Assembly: GCA_964057225.1 (NCBI GenBank)
Contig: OZ059900.1
Span: 17,484,001 to 17,548,000 of the forward strand
DNA: 64,000 nucleotides
Origin: Auanema rhodensis
Lineage: Eukaryota; Animalia; Nematoda
Reading direction: 5' to 3'
Part shown: in pieces, positions 39,558-54,605 of the stretch
Position numbering within the stretch: the first letter of the stretch is position 1
How the letters are laid out: each line of letters begins with the position of its first letter
Notes under the pieces: model-generated
Seen by the model: only the letters and a program-made list of their open reading frames with translations
Told to the model about the DNA's origin: nothing
The model's database searches: none
Program-made: the position numbers and the translations under genes

Positions 39558-42293
39558 AGTTCCACTTTCACGACAAAAAAACAGGGGTTAGAAAATTAAG
39601 GAAATTAGCATATTCTGAGGGCACGCCCCTTATGGCTAATATTGATTAAATCGATTTTTGTTCATATGATTCGTCAAATGCAACGAATTTTAGCGTGTTA
39701 CATACTAAAATGAAGCATTTTACATGCTGAACACTAGAAAAAAACAAAAACACAGTATTTCCCATGAGAAATATTTTATTATGCTGGAAAACCAGTTTTT
39801 GGAAATTTCGCTGTAAACAAGGTTTTGACTTACGATTTCATGTGTTCAAACTCATGCAATGTCAATGAAACTTAGCTCAAAATTGTTCGTACAACGTCTA
39901 GTTCCACTTTCACGACAAAAAAACAGGGGTTAGAAAATTAAGGAAATTAGCATATTCTGAGGGCACGCCCCTTATGGCTAATATTGATTAAATCGATTTT
40001 TGTTCATATGAGTCGTCAAATGCAACGAATTTCAGCGTGTTACATACTAAAATGAAGCATTTTACATGCTGAACACTAGAAAAATACAAAAACACAGTAT
40101 TTCCCATGAGAAATATTTTATTATGCTGGAAAACCAGTTTTTGGAAATTTCGCTGTAAACAAGGTTTTGACTTACGATTTCATGTGTTCAAACTCATGCA
40201 ATGTCAATGAAACCTAGCTCAAAATTGTTCGTACAACGTCTAGTTCCACTTTCACGACAAAAAAACAGGGGTTAGAAAATTAAGGAAATTAGCATATTCT
40301 GAGGGCACGCCCCTTATGGCTAATATTGATTAAATCGATTTTTGTTCATATGAGTCGTCAAATGCAACGAATTTCAGCGTGTTACATACTAAAATGAAGC
40401 ATTTTACATGCTGAACACTAGAAAAATACAAAAACACAGTATTTCCCATGAGAAATATTTTATTATGCTGGAAAACCAGCTTTTGGAAATTTCGCTGTAA
40501 ACAAGGTTTTGACTTACAATTTCATGTGTTCAAACTCATGCAATGTCAATGAAACCTAGCTCAAAATTGTTCGTACAACGTCTAGTTCCACTTTCACGAC
40601 AAAAAAACAGGGGTTAGAAAATTAAGGAAATTAGCATATTCTGAGGGCACGCCCCTTATGGCTAATATTGATTAAATCGATTTTTGTTCATATGAGTCGT
40701 CAAATGCAACGAATTTCAGCGTGTTACATACTAAAATGAAGCATTTTACATGCTGAACACTAGAAAAATACAAAAACACAGTATTTCCCATGAGAAATAT
40801 TTTATTATGCTGGAAAACCAGTTTTTGGAAATTTCGCTGTAAACAAGGTTTTGACTTACGATTTCATGTGTTCAAACTCATGCAATGTCAATGAAACCTA
40901 GCTCAAAATTGTTCGTACAACGTCTAGTTCCACTTTCACGACAAAAAAACAGGGGTTAGAAAATTAAGGAAATTAGCATATTCTGAGGGCACGCCCCTTA
41001 TGGCTAATATTGATTAAATCGATTTTTGTTCATATGAGTCGTCAAATGCAACGAATTTCAGCGTGTTACATACTAAAATGAAGCATTTTACATGCTGAAC
41101 ACTAGAAAAATACAAAAACACAGTATTTCCCATGAGAAATATTTTATTATGCTGGAAAACCAGTTTTTGGAAATTTCGCTGTAAACAAGGTTTTGACTTA
41201 CGATTTCATGTGTTCAAACTCATGCAATGTCAATGAAACCTAGCTCAAAATTGTTCGTACAACGTCTAGTTCCACTTTCACGACAAAAAAACAGGGGTTA
41301 GAAAATTAAGGAAATTAGCATATTCTGAGGGCACGCCCCTTATGGCTAATATTGATTAAATCGATTTTTGTTCATATGATTCGTCAAATGCAACGAATTT
41401 TAGCGTGTTACATACTAAAATGAAGCATTTTACATGCTGAACACTAGAAAAAAACAAAAACACAGTATTTCCCATGAGAAATATTTTATTATGCTGGAAA
41501 ACCAGTTTTTGGAAATTTCGCTGTAAACAAGGTTTTGACTTACGATTTCATGTGTTCAAACTCATGCAATGTCAATGAAACTTAGCTCAAAATTGTTCGT
41601 ACAACGTCTAGTTCCACTTTCACGACAAAAAAACAGGGGTTAGAAAATTAAGGAAATTAGCATATTCTGAGGGCACGCCCCTTATGGCTAATATTGATTA
41701 AATCGATTTTTGTTCATATGAGTCGTCAAATGCAACGAATTTCAGCGTGTTACATACTAAAATGAAGCATTTTACATGCTGAACACTAGAAAAATACAAA
41801 AACACAGTATTTCCCATGAGAAATATTTTATTATGCTGGAAAACCAGTTTTTGGAAATTTCGCTGTAAACAAGGTTTTGACTTACGATTTCATGTGTTCA
41901 AACTCATGCAATGTCAATGAAACCTAGCTCAAAATTGTTCGTACAACGTCTAGTTCCACTTTCACGACAAAAAAACAGGGGTTAGAAAATTAAGGAAATT
42001 AGCATATTCTGAGGGCACGCCCCTTATGGCTAATATTGATTAAATCGATTTTTGTTCATATGAGTCGTCAAATGCAACGAATTTCAGCGTGTTACATACT
42101 AAAATGAAGCATTTTACATGCTGAACACTAGAAAAATACAAAAACACAGTATTTCCCATGAGAAATATTTTATTATGCTGGAAAACCAGCTTTTGGAAAT
42201 TTCGCTGTAAACAAGGTTTTGACTTACGATTTCATGTGTTCAAACTCATGCAATGTCAATGAAACCTAGCTCAAAATTGTTCGTACAACGTCT
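39558..42293 (+). repeat. 5-monomer higher-order duplication, period 1710 bp
   Basis: The G113T/C134T/T186A/C315T monomer starts at 39558 and 41268. The T239C monomer starts at 40242 and 41952. Confidence 0.85.
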
Positions 42294-45200
42294 AGTTCCA
42301 CTTTCACGACAAAAAAACAAGGGTTAGAAAATTAAGGAAATTAGCATATTCTGAGGGCACGCCCCTTATGGCTAATATTGATTAAATCGATTTTTGTTCA
42401 TATGAGTCGTCAAATGCAACGAATTTCAGCGTGTTACATACTAAAATGAAGCATTTTACATGCTGAACACTAGAAAAATACAAAAACACAGTATTTCCCA
42501 TGAGAAATATTTTATTATGCTGGAAAACCAGTTTTTGGAAATTTCGCTGTAAACAAGGTTTTGACTTACGATTTCATGTGTTCAAACTCATGCAATGTCA
42601 ATGAAACATAGCTCAAAATTGTTCGTACAACGTCTAGTTCCACTTTCACGACAAAAAAACAGGGGTTAGAAAATTAAGGAAATTAGCATATTCTGAGGGC
42701 ACGCCCCTTATGGCTAATATTGATTAAATCGATTTTTGTTCATATGAGTCGTCAAATGCAACGAATTTCAGCGTGTTACATACTAAAATGAAGCATTTTA
42801 CATGCTGAACACTAGAAAAATACAAAAACACAGTATTTCCCATGAGAAATATTTTATTATGCTGGAAAACCAGTTTTTGGAAATTTCGCTGTAAACAAAG
42901 TTTTGACTTACGATTTCATGTGTTCAAACTCATGCAATGTCAATGAAACCTAGCTCAAAATTGTTCGTACAACGTCTAGTTCCACTTTCACGACAAAAAA
43001 ACAGGGGTTAGAAAACTAAGGAAATTAGCATATTCTGAGGGCACGCCCCTTATGGCTAATATTGATTAAATCGATTTTTGTTCATATGAGTCGTCAAATG
43101 CAACGAATTTCAGCGTGTTACATACTAAAATGAAGCATTTTACATGCTGAACACTAGAAAAATACAAAAACACAGTATTTCCCATGAGAAATATTTTATT
43201 ATGCTGGAAAACCAGTTTTTGGAAATTTCGCTGTAAACAAGGTTTTGACTTACGATTTCATGTGTTCAAACTCATGCAATGTCAATGAAACCTAGCTCAA
43301 AATTGTTCGTACAACGTCTAGTTCCACTTTCACGACAAAAAAACAGGGGTTAGAAAATTAAGGAAATTAGCATATTCTGAGGGCACGCCCCTTATGGCTA
43401 ATATTGATTAAATCGATTTTTGTTCATATGAGTCGTCAAATGCAACGAATTTCAGCGTGTTACATACTAAAATGAAGCATTTTACATGCTGAACACTAGA
43501 AAAATACAAAAACACAGTATTTCCCATGAGAAATATTTTATTATGCTGGAAAACCAGTTTTTGGAAATTTCGCTGTAAACAAGGTTTTGACTTACGATTT
43601 CATGTGTTCAAACTCATGCAATGTCAATGAAACCTAGCTCAAAATTGTTCGTACAACGTCTAGTTCCACTTTCACGACAAAAAAACAGGGGTTAGAAAAT
43701 TAAGGAAATTAGCATATTCTGAGGGCACGTCCCTTGTGGCTAATATTGATTAAATCGATTTTTGTTCATATGAGTCGTCAAATGCAACGAATTTCAGCGT
43801 GTTACATACTAAAATGAAGCATTTTACATGCTGAACACTAGAAAAATACAAAAACACAGTATTTCCCATGATAAATATTTTATTATGCTGGAAAACCAGT
43901 TTTTGGAAATTTCGCTGTAAACAAGGTTTTGACTTACGATTTCATGTGTTCAAACTCATGCAATGTCAATGAAACCTAGCTCAAAATTGTTCGTACAACG
44001 TCTAGTTCCACTTTCACGACAAAAAAACAGGGGTTAGAAAATTAAGGAAATTAGCATATTCTGAGGGCACGCCCCTTATGGCTAATATTGATTAAATCGA
44101 TTTTTGTTCATATGAGTCGTCAAATGCAACGAATTTCAGCGTGTTACATACTAAAATGAAGCATTTTACATGCTGAACACTAGAAAAATACAAAAACACA
44201 GTATTTCCCATGAGAAATATTTTATTATGCTGGAAAACCAGTTTTTGGAAATTTCGCTGTAAACAAGGTTTTGACTTACGATTTCATGTGTTCAAACTCA
44301 TGCAATGTCAATGAAACCTAGCTCAAAATTGTTCGTACAACGTCTAGTTCCACTTTCACGACAAAAAAACAGGGGTTAGAAAATTAAGGAAATTAGCATA
44401 TTCTGAGGGCACGCCCCTTATGGCTAATATTGATTAAATCGATTTTTGTTCATATGAGTCGTCAAATGCAACGAATTTCAGCGTGTTACATACTAAAATG
44501 AAGCATTTTACATGCTGAACACTAGAAAAATACAAAAACACAGTATTTCCCCTGAGAAATATTTTATTATGCTGGAAAACCAGTTTTTGGAAATTTCGCT
44601 GTAAACAAGGTTTTGACTTACGATTTCATGTGTTCAAACTCATGCAATGTCAATGAAACCTAGCTCAAAATTGTTCGTACAACGTCTAGTTCCACTTTCA
44701 CGACAAAAAAACAGGGGTTAGAAAATTAAGGAAATTAGCATATTCTGAGGGCACGCCCCTTATGGCTAATATTGATTAAATCGATTTTTGTTCATATGAG
44801 TCGTCAAATGCAACGAATTTCAGCGTGTTACATACTAAAATGAAGCATTTTACATGCTGAACACTAGAAAAATACAAAAACACAGTATTTCCCATGAGAA
44901 ATATTTTATTATGCTGGAAAACCAGTTTTTGGAAATTTCGCTGTAAACAAGGTTTTGACTTACGATTTCATGTGTTCAAACTCATGCAATGTCAATGAAA
45001 CCTAGCTCAAAATTGTTCGTACAACGTCTAGTTCCACTTTCACGATAAAAAAACAGGGGTTAGAAAATTAAGGAAATTAGCATATTCTGAGGGCACGCCC
45101 CTTATGGCTAATATTGATTAAATCGATTTTTGTTCATATGAGTCGTCAAATGCAACGAATTTCAGCGTGTTACATACTAAAATGAAGCATTTTACATGCT

Positions 45201-48200
45201 GAACACTAGAAAAATACAAAAACACAGTATTTCCCATGAGAAATATTTTATTATGCTGGAAAACCAGTTTTTGGAAATTTCGCTGTAAACAAGGTTTTGA
45301 CTTACGATTTCATGTGTTCAAACTCATGCAATGTCGATGAAACCTAGCTCAAAATTGTTCGTACAACGTCTAGTTCCACTTTCACGACAAAAAAACAGGG
45401 GTTAGAAAATTAAGGAAATTAGCATATTCTGAGGGCACGCCCCTTATGGCTAATATTGATTAAATCGATTTTTGTTCATATGAGTCGTCAAATGCAACGA
45501 ATTTCAGCGTGTTACATACTAAAATGAAGCATTTTACATGCTGAACACTAGAAAAATACAAAAACACAGTATTTCCCCTGAGAAATATTTTATTATGCTG
45601 GAAAACCAGTTTTTGGAAATTTCGCTGTAAACAAGGTTTTGACTTACGATTTCATGTGTTCAAACTCATGCAATGTCAATGAAACCTAGCTCAAAATTGT
45701 TCGTACAACGTCTAGTTCCACTTTCACGACAAAAAAACAGGGGTTAGAAAATTAAGGAAATTAGCATATTCTGAGGGCACGCCCCTTATGGCTAATATTG
45801 ATTAAATCGATTTTTGTTCATATGAGTCGTCAAATGCAACGAATTTCCGCGTGTTACATACTAAAATGAAGCATTTTACATGCTGAACACTAGAAAAATA
45901 CAAAAACACAGTATTTCCCCTGAGAAATATTTTATTATGCTGGAAAACCAGTTTTTGGAAATTTCGCTGTAAACAAGGTTTTGACTTACGATTTCATGTG
46001 TTCAAACTCATGCAATGTCAATGAAACCTAGCTCAAAATTGTTCGTACAACGTCTAGTTCCACTTTCACGACAAAAAAACAGGGGTTAGAAAATTAAGGA
46101 AATTAGCATATTCTGAGGGCACGCCCCTTATGGCTAATATTGATTAAATCGATTTTTGTTCATATGAGTCGTCAAATGCAACGAATTTCAGCGTGTTACA
46201 TACTAAAATGAAGCATTTTACATGCTGAACACTAGAAAAATACAAAAACACAGTATTTCCCATGAGAAATATTTTATTATGCTGGAAAACCAGTTTTTGG
46301 AAATTTCGCTGTAAACAAGGTTTTGACTTACGATTTCATGTGTTCAAACTCATGCAATGTCGATGAAACCTAGCTCAAAATTGTTCGTACAACGTCTAGT
46401 TCCACTTTCACGACAAAAAAACAGGGGTTAGAAAATTAAGGAAATTAGCATATTCTGAGGGCACGCCCCTTATGGCTAATATTGATTAAATCGATTTTTG
46501 TTCATATGAGTCGTCAAATGCAACGAATTTCAGCGTGTTACATACTAAAATGAAGCATTTTACATGCTGAACACTAGAAAAATACAAAAACACAGTATTT
46601 CCCATGAGAAATATTTTATTATGCTGGAAAACCAGTTTTTGGAAATTTCGCTGTAAACAAGGTTTTGACTTACGATTTCATGTGTTCAAACTCATGCAAT
46701 GTCGATGAAACCTAGCTCAAAATTGTTCGTACAACGTCTAGTTCCACTTTCACGACAAAAAAACAGGGGTTAGAAAATTAAGGAAATTAGCATATTCTGA
46801 GGGCACGCCCCTTATGGCTAATATTGATTAAATCGATTTTTGTTCATATGAGTCGTCAAATGCAACGAATTTCAGCGTGTTACATACCAAAATGAAGCAT
46901 TTTACATGCTGAACACTAGAAAAATACAAAAACACAGTATTTCCCATGAGAAATATTTTATTATGCTGGAAAACCAGTTTTTGGAAATTTCGCTGTAAAC
47001 AAGGTTTTGACTTACGATTTCATGTGTTCAAACTCATGCAATGTCAATGAAACCTAGCTCAAAATTGTTCGTACAACGTCTAGTTCCACTTTCACGACAA
47101 AAAAACAGGGGTTAGAAAATTAAGGAAATTAGCATATTCTGAGGGCACGCCCCTTATGGCTAATATTGATTAAATCGATTTTTGTTCATATGAGTCGTCA
47201 AATGCAACGAATTTCAGCGTGTTACATACTAAAATGAAGCATTTTACATGCTGAACACTAGAAAAATACAAAAACACAGTATTTCCCATGAGAAATATTT
47301 TATTATGCTGGAAAACCAGTTTTTGGAAATTTCGCTGTAAACAAGGTTTTGACTTACGATTTCATGTGTTCAAACTCATGCAATGTCAATGAAACCTAGC
47401 TCAAAATTGTTCGTACAACGTCTAGTTCCACTTTCACGACAAAAAAACAGGGGTTAGAAAATTAAGGAAATTAGCATATTCTGAGGGCACGCCCCTTATG
47501 GCTAATATTGATTAAATCGATTTTTGTTCATATGAGTCGTCAAATGCAACGAATTTCAGCGTGTTACATACTAAAATGAAGCATTTTACATGCTGAACAC
47601 TAGAAAAATACAAAAACACAGTATTTCCCATGAGAAATATTTTATTATGCTGGAAAACCAGTTTTTGGAAATTTCGCTGTAAACAAGGTTTTGACTTACG
47701 ATTTCATGTGCTCAAACTCATGCAATGTCAATGAAACCTAGCTCAAAATTGATCGTACAACGTCTAGTTCCACTTTCACGACAAAAAAACAGGGGTTAGA
47801 AAATTAAGGAAATTAGCATTTTTTGAGGGCACGCCCCTTATGGCTAATATTGATTAAATCGATTTTTGTTCATATGAGTCGTCAAATGCAACGAATTTCA
47901 GCGTGTTACATACTAAAATGAAGCATTTTACATGCTGAACACTAGAAAAATACAAAAACACAGTATTTCCCATGAGAAATATTTTATTATGCTGGAAAAC
48001 CAGTTTTTGGAAATTTCGCTGTAAACAAGGTTTTGACTTACGATTTCATGTGTTCAAACTCATGCAATGTCAATGAAACCTAGCTCAAAATTGTTCGTAC
48101 AACGTCTAGTTCCACTTTCACGACAAAAAAACAGGGGTTAGAAAATTAAGGAAATTAGCATATTCTGAGGGCACGCCCCTTATGGCTAATATTGATTAAA

Positions 48201-49133
48201 TCGATTTTTGTTCATATGAGTCGTCAAATGCAACGAATTTCAGCGTGTTACATACTAAAATGAAGCATTTTACATGCTGAACACTAGAAAAATACAAAAA
48301 CACAGTATTTCCCATGAGAAATATTTTATTATGCTGGAAAACCAGTTTTTGGAAATTTCGCTGTAAACAAGGTTTTGACTTACGATTTCATGTGTTCAAA
48401 CTCATGCAATGTCAATGAAACCTAGCTCAAAATTGTTCGTACAACGTCTAGTTCCACTTTCACGACAAAAAAACAGGGGTTAGAAAATTAAGGAAATTAG
48501 CATATTCTGAGGGCACGCCCCTTATGGCTAATATTGATTAAATCGATTTTTGTTCATATGAGTCGTCAAATGCAACGAATTTCAGCGTGTTACATACTAA
48601 AATGAAGCATTTTACATGCTGAACACTAGAAAAATACAAAAACACAGTATTTCCCATGAGAAATATTTTATTATGCTGGAAAACCAGTTTTTGGAAATTT
48701 CGCTGTAAACAAGGTTTTGACTTACGATTTCATGTGTTCAAACTCATGCAATGTCAATGAAACCTAGCTCAAAATTGTTCGTACAACGTCTAGTTCCACT
48801 TTCACGACAAAAAAACAGGGGTTAGAAAATTAAGGAAATTAGCATATTCTGAGGGCACGCCCCTTATGGCTAATATTGATTAAATCGATTTTTGTTCATA
48901 TGAGTCGTCAAATGCAACGAATTTCAGCGTGTTACATACTAAAATGAAGCATTTTACATGCTGAACACTAGAAAAATACAAAAACACAGTATTTCCCATG
49001 AGAAATATTTTATTATGCTGGAAAACCAGTTTTTGGAAATTTCGCTGTAAACAAGGTTTTGACTTACGATTTCATGTGTTCAAACTCATGCAATGTCAAT
49101 GAAACCTAGCTCAAAATTGTTCGTACAACGTCT

Positions 49134-52100
49134 AGTTCCACTTTCACGACAAAAAAACAGGGGTTAGAAAATTAAGGAAATTAGCATATTCTGAGGGCAC
49201 GCCCCTTATGGCTAATATTGATTAAATCGATTTTTGTTCATATGAGACGTCAAATGCAACGAATTTCAGCGTGTTACATACTAAAATGAAGCCTTTTACA
49301 AGCTGAACACTAGAAAAATACAAAAACACAGTATTTCCCATGAGAAATATTTTATTATGCTGGAAAACCAGTTTTTGGAAATTTCGCTGTAAACAAGGTT
49401 TTGACTTACGATTTCATGTGTTCAAACTCATGCAATGTCAATGAAACCTAGCTCAAAATTGTTCGTACAACGTCTAGTTCCACTTTCACGACAAAAAAAC
49501 AGGGATTAGAAAATTAAGGAAATTAGCATATTCTGAGGGCACGCCCCTTATGGCTAATATTGATTAAATCGATTTTTGTTCATATGAGTCGTCAAATGCA
49601 ACGAATTTCAGCGTGTTACATACTAAAATGAAGCCTTTTACATGCTGAACACTAGAAAAATACAAAAACACAGTATTTCCCATGAGAAATATTTTATTAT
49701 GCTGGAAAACCAGTTTTTGGAAATTTTGCTGTAAACAAGGTTTTGACTTACGATTTCATGTGCTCAAACTCATGCAATGTCAATGAAACCTAGCTCAAAA
49801 TTGTTCGTACAACGTCTAGTTCCACTTTCACGACAAAAAAACAGGGGTTAGAAAATTAAGGAAATTAGCATATTCTGAGGGCACGCCCCTTATGGCTAAT
49901 ATTGATTAAATCGATTTTTGTTCATATGAGTCGTCAAATGCAACGAATTTCAGCGTGTTACATACTAAAATGAAGCATTTTACATGCTGAACACTAGGAA
50001 AATACAAAAACACAGTATTTCCCATGAGAAATATTTTATTATGCTGGAAAACCAGTTTTTGGAAATTTCGCTGTAAACAAGGTTTTGACTTACGATTTCA
50101 TGTGTTCAAACTCATGCAATGTCAATGAAACCTAGCTCAAAATTGTTCGTACAACGTCTAGTTCCACTTTCACGACAAAAAAACAGGGGTTAGAAAATTA
50201 AGGAAATTAGCATATTCTGAGGGCACGCCCCTTATGGCTAATATTGATTAAATCGATTTTTGTTCATATGAGTCGTCAAATGCAACGAATTTCAGCGTGT
50301 TACATACTAAAATGAAGCATTTTACATGCTGAACACTAGAAAAATACAAAAACACAGTATTTCCCATGAGAAATATTTTATTATGCTGGAAAACCAGTTT
50401 TTGGAAATTTCGCTGTAAACAAGGTTTTGACTTACGATTTCATGTGTTCAAACTCATGCAATGTCAATGAAACCTAGCTCAAAATTGTTCGTACAACGTC
50501 TAGTTCCACTTTCACGACAAAAAAACAGGGGTTAGAAAATTAAGGAAATTAGCATATTCTGAGGGCACGCCCCTTATGGCTAATATTGATTAAATCGATT
50601 TTTGTTCATATGAGTCGTCAAATGCAACGAATTTCAGCGTGTTACATACTAAAATGAAGCATTTTACATGCTGAACACTAGAAAAATACAAAAACACAGT
50701 ATTTCCCATGAGAAATATTTTATTATGCTGGAAAACCAGTTTTTGGAAATTTCGCTGTAAACAAGGTTTTGACTTACGATTTCATGTGTTCAAACTCATT
50801 CAATGTCAATGAAACCTAGCTCAAAATTGTTCGTACAACGTCTAGTTCCACTTTCACGACAAAAAAACAGGGGTTAGAAAATTAAGGAAATTAGCATATT
50901 CTGAGGGCACGCCCCTTATGGCTAATATTGATTAAATCGATTTTTGTTCATATGAGTCGTCAAATGCAACGAATTTCAGCGTGTTACATACTAAAATGAA
51001 GCATTTTACATGCTGAACACTAGAAAAATACAAAAACACAGTATTTCCCATGAGAAATATTTTATTATGCTGGAAAACCAGTTTTTGGAAATTTCGCTGT
51101 AAACAAGGTTTTGACTTACGATTTCATGTGTTCAAACTCATGCAATGTCAATGAAACCTAGCTCAAAATTGTTCGTACAACGTCTAGTTCCACTTTCACG
51201 ACAAAAAAACAGGGGTTAGAAAATTAAGGAAATTAGCATATTCTGAGGGCACGCCCCTTATGGCTAATATTGATTAAATCGATTTTTGTTCATATGAGAC
51301 GTCAAATGCAACGAATTTCAGCGTGTTACATACTAAAATGAAGCCTTTTACAAGCTGAACACTAGAAAAATACAAAAACACAGTATTTCCCATGAGAAAT
51401 ATTTTATTATGCTGGAAAACCAGTTTTTGGAAATTTCGCTGTAAACAAGGTTTTGACTTACGATTTCATGTGTTCAAACTCATGCAATGTCAATGAAACC
51501 TAGCTCAAAATTGTTCGTACAACGTCTAGTTCCACTTTCACGACAAAAAAACAGGGGTTAGAAAATTAAGGAAATTAGCATATTCTGAGGGCACGCCCCT
51601 TATGGCTAATATTGATTAAATCGATTTTTGTTCATATGAGTCGTTAAATGCAACGAATTTCAGCGTGTTACATACTAAAATGAAGCATTTTACATGCTGA
51701 ACACTAGAAAAATACAAAAACACAGTATTTCCCATGAGAAATATTTTATTATGCTGGAAAACCAGTTTTTGGAAATTTCGCTGTAAACAAGGTTTTGACT
51801 TACGATTTCATGTGCTCAAACTCATGCAATGTCAATGAAACCTAGCTCAAAATTGTTCGTACAACGTCTAGTTCCACTTTCACGACAAAAAAACAGGGGT
51901 TAGAAAATTAAGGAAATTAGCATATTCTGAGGGCACGCCCCTTATGGCTAATATTGATTAAATCGATTTTTGTTCATATGAGTCGTCAAATGCAACGAAT
52001 TTCAGCGTGTTACATACTAAAATGAAGCATTTTACATGCTGAACACTAGGAAAATACAAAAACACAGTATTTCCCATGAGAAATATTTTATTATGCTGGA

Positions 52101-54605
52101 AAACCAGTTTTTGGAAATTTCGCTGTAAACAAGGTTTTGACTTACGATTTCATGTGTTCAAACTCATGCAATGTCAATGAAACCTAGCTCAAAATTGTTC
52201 GTACAACGTCTAGTTCCACTTTCACGACAAAAAAACAGGGGTTAGAAAATTAAGGAAATTAGCATATTCTGAGGGCACGCCCCTTATGGCTAATATTGAT
52301 TAAATCGATTTTTGTTCATATGAGTCGTCAAATGCAACGAATTTCAGCGTGTTACATACTAAAATGAAGCATTTTACATGCTGAACACTAGAAAAATACA
52401 AAAACACAGTATTTCCCATGAGAAATATTTTATTATGCTGGAAAACCAGTTTTTGGAAATTTCGCTGTAAACAAGGTTTTGACTTACGATTTCATGTGTT
52501 CAAACTCATGCAATGTCAATGAAACCTAGCTCAAAATTGTTCGTACAACGTCTAGTTCCACTTTCACGACAAAAAAACAGGGGTTAGAAAATTAAGGAAA
52601 TTAGCATATTCTGAGGGCACGCCCCTTATGGCTAATATTGATTAAATCGATTTTTGTTCATATGAGTCGTCAAATGCAACGAATTTCAGCGTGTTACATA
52701 CTAAAATGAAGCATTTTACATGCTGAACACTAGAAAAATACAAAAACACAGTATTTCCCATGAGAAATATTTTATTATGCTGGAAAACCAGTTTTTGGAA
52801 ATTTCGCTGTAAACAAGGTTTTGACTTACGATTTCATGTGTTCAAACTCATGCAATGTCAATGAAACCTAGCTCAAAATTGTTCGTACAACGTCTAGTTC
52901 CACTTTCACGACAAAAAAACAGGGGTTAGAAAATTAAGGAAATTAGCATATTCTGAGGGCACGCCCCTTATGGCTAATATTGATTAAATCGATTTTTGTT
53001 CATATGAGACGTCAAATGCAACGAATTTCAGCGTGTTACATACTAAAATGAAGCCTTTTACAAGCTGAACACTAGAAAAATACAAAAACACAGTATTTCC
53101 CATGAGAAATATTTTATTATGCTGGAAAACCAGTTTTTGGAAATTTCGCTGTAAACAAGGTTTTGACTTACGATTTCATGTGTTCAAACTCATGCAATGT
53201 CAATGAAACCTAGCTCAAAATTGTTCGTACAACGTCTAGTTCCACTTTCACGACAAAAAAACAGGGGTTAGAAAATTAAGGAAATTAGCATATTCTGAGG
53301 GCACGCCCCTTATGGCTAATATTGATTAAATCGATTTTTGTTCATATGAGTCGTTAAATGCAACGAATTTCAGCGTGTTACATACTAAAATGAAGCATTT
53401 TACATGCTGAACACTAGAAAAATACAAAAACACAGTATTTCCCATGAGAAATATTTTATTATGCTGGAAAACCAGTTTTTGGAAATTTCGCTGTAAACAA
53501 GGTTTTGACTTACGATTTCATGTGCTCAAACTCATGCAATGTCAATGAAACCTAGCTCAAAATTGTTCGTACAACGTCTAGTTCCACTTTCACGACAAAA
53601 AAACAGGGGTTAGAAAATTAAGGAAATTAGCATATTCTGAGGGCACGCCCCTTATGGCTAATATTGATTAAATCGATTTTTGTTCATATGAGTCGTCAAA
53701 TGCAACGAATTTCAGCGTGTTACATACTAAAATGAAGCATTTTACATGCTGAACACTAGGAAAATACAAAAACACAGTATTTCCCATGAGAAATATTTTA
53801 TTATGCTGGAAAACCAGTTTTTGGAAATTTCGCTGTAAACAAGGTTTTGACTTACGATTTCATGTGTTCAAACTCATGCAATGTCAATGAAACCTAGCTC
53901 AAAATTGTTCGTACAACGTCTAGTTCCACTTTCACGACAAAAAAACAGGGGTTAGAAAATTAAGGAAATTAGCATATTCTGAGGGCACGCCCCTTATGGC
54001 TAATATTGATTAAATCGATTTTTGTTCATATGAGTCGTCAAATGCAACGAATTTCAGCGTGTTACATACTAAAATGAAGCATTTTACATGCTGAACACTA
54101 GAAAAATACAAAAACACAGTATTTCCCATGAGAAATATTTTATTATGCTGGAAAACCAGTTTTTGGAAATTTCGCTGTAAACAAGGTTTTGACTTACGAT
54201 TTCATGTGTTCAAACTCATGCAATGTCAATGAAACCTAGCTCAAAATTGTTCGTACAACGTCTAGTTCCACTTTCACGACAAAAAAACAGGGGTTAGAAA
54301 ATTAAGGAAATTAGCATATTCTGAGGGCACGCCCCTTATGGCTAATATTGATTAAATCGATTTTTGTTCATATGAGTCGTCAAATGCAACGAATTTCAGC
54401 GTGTTACATACTAAAATGAAGCATTTTACATGCTGAACACTAGGAAAATACAAAAACACAGTATTTCCCATGAGAAATATTTTATTATGCTGGAAAACCA
54501 GTTTTTGGAAATTTCGCTGTAAACAAGGTTTTGACTTACGATTTCATGTGTTCAAACTCATGCAATGTCAATGAAACCTAGCTCAAAATTGTTCGTACAA
54601 CGTCT
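49134..54605 (+). repeat. 6-monomer then 5-monomer higher-order repeat, 3 copies
   Basis: The T114A/A160C/T168A monomer starts at 49134, 51186 and 52896 (spacings 2052 and 1710). Each is followed by a T288C monomer and then an A181G monomer. Confidence 0.88.
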
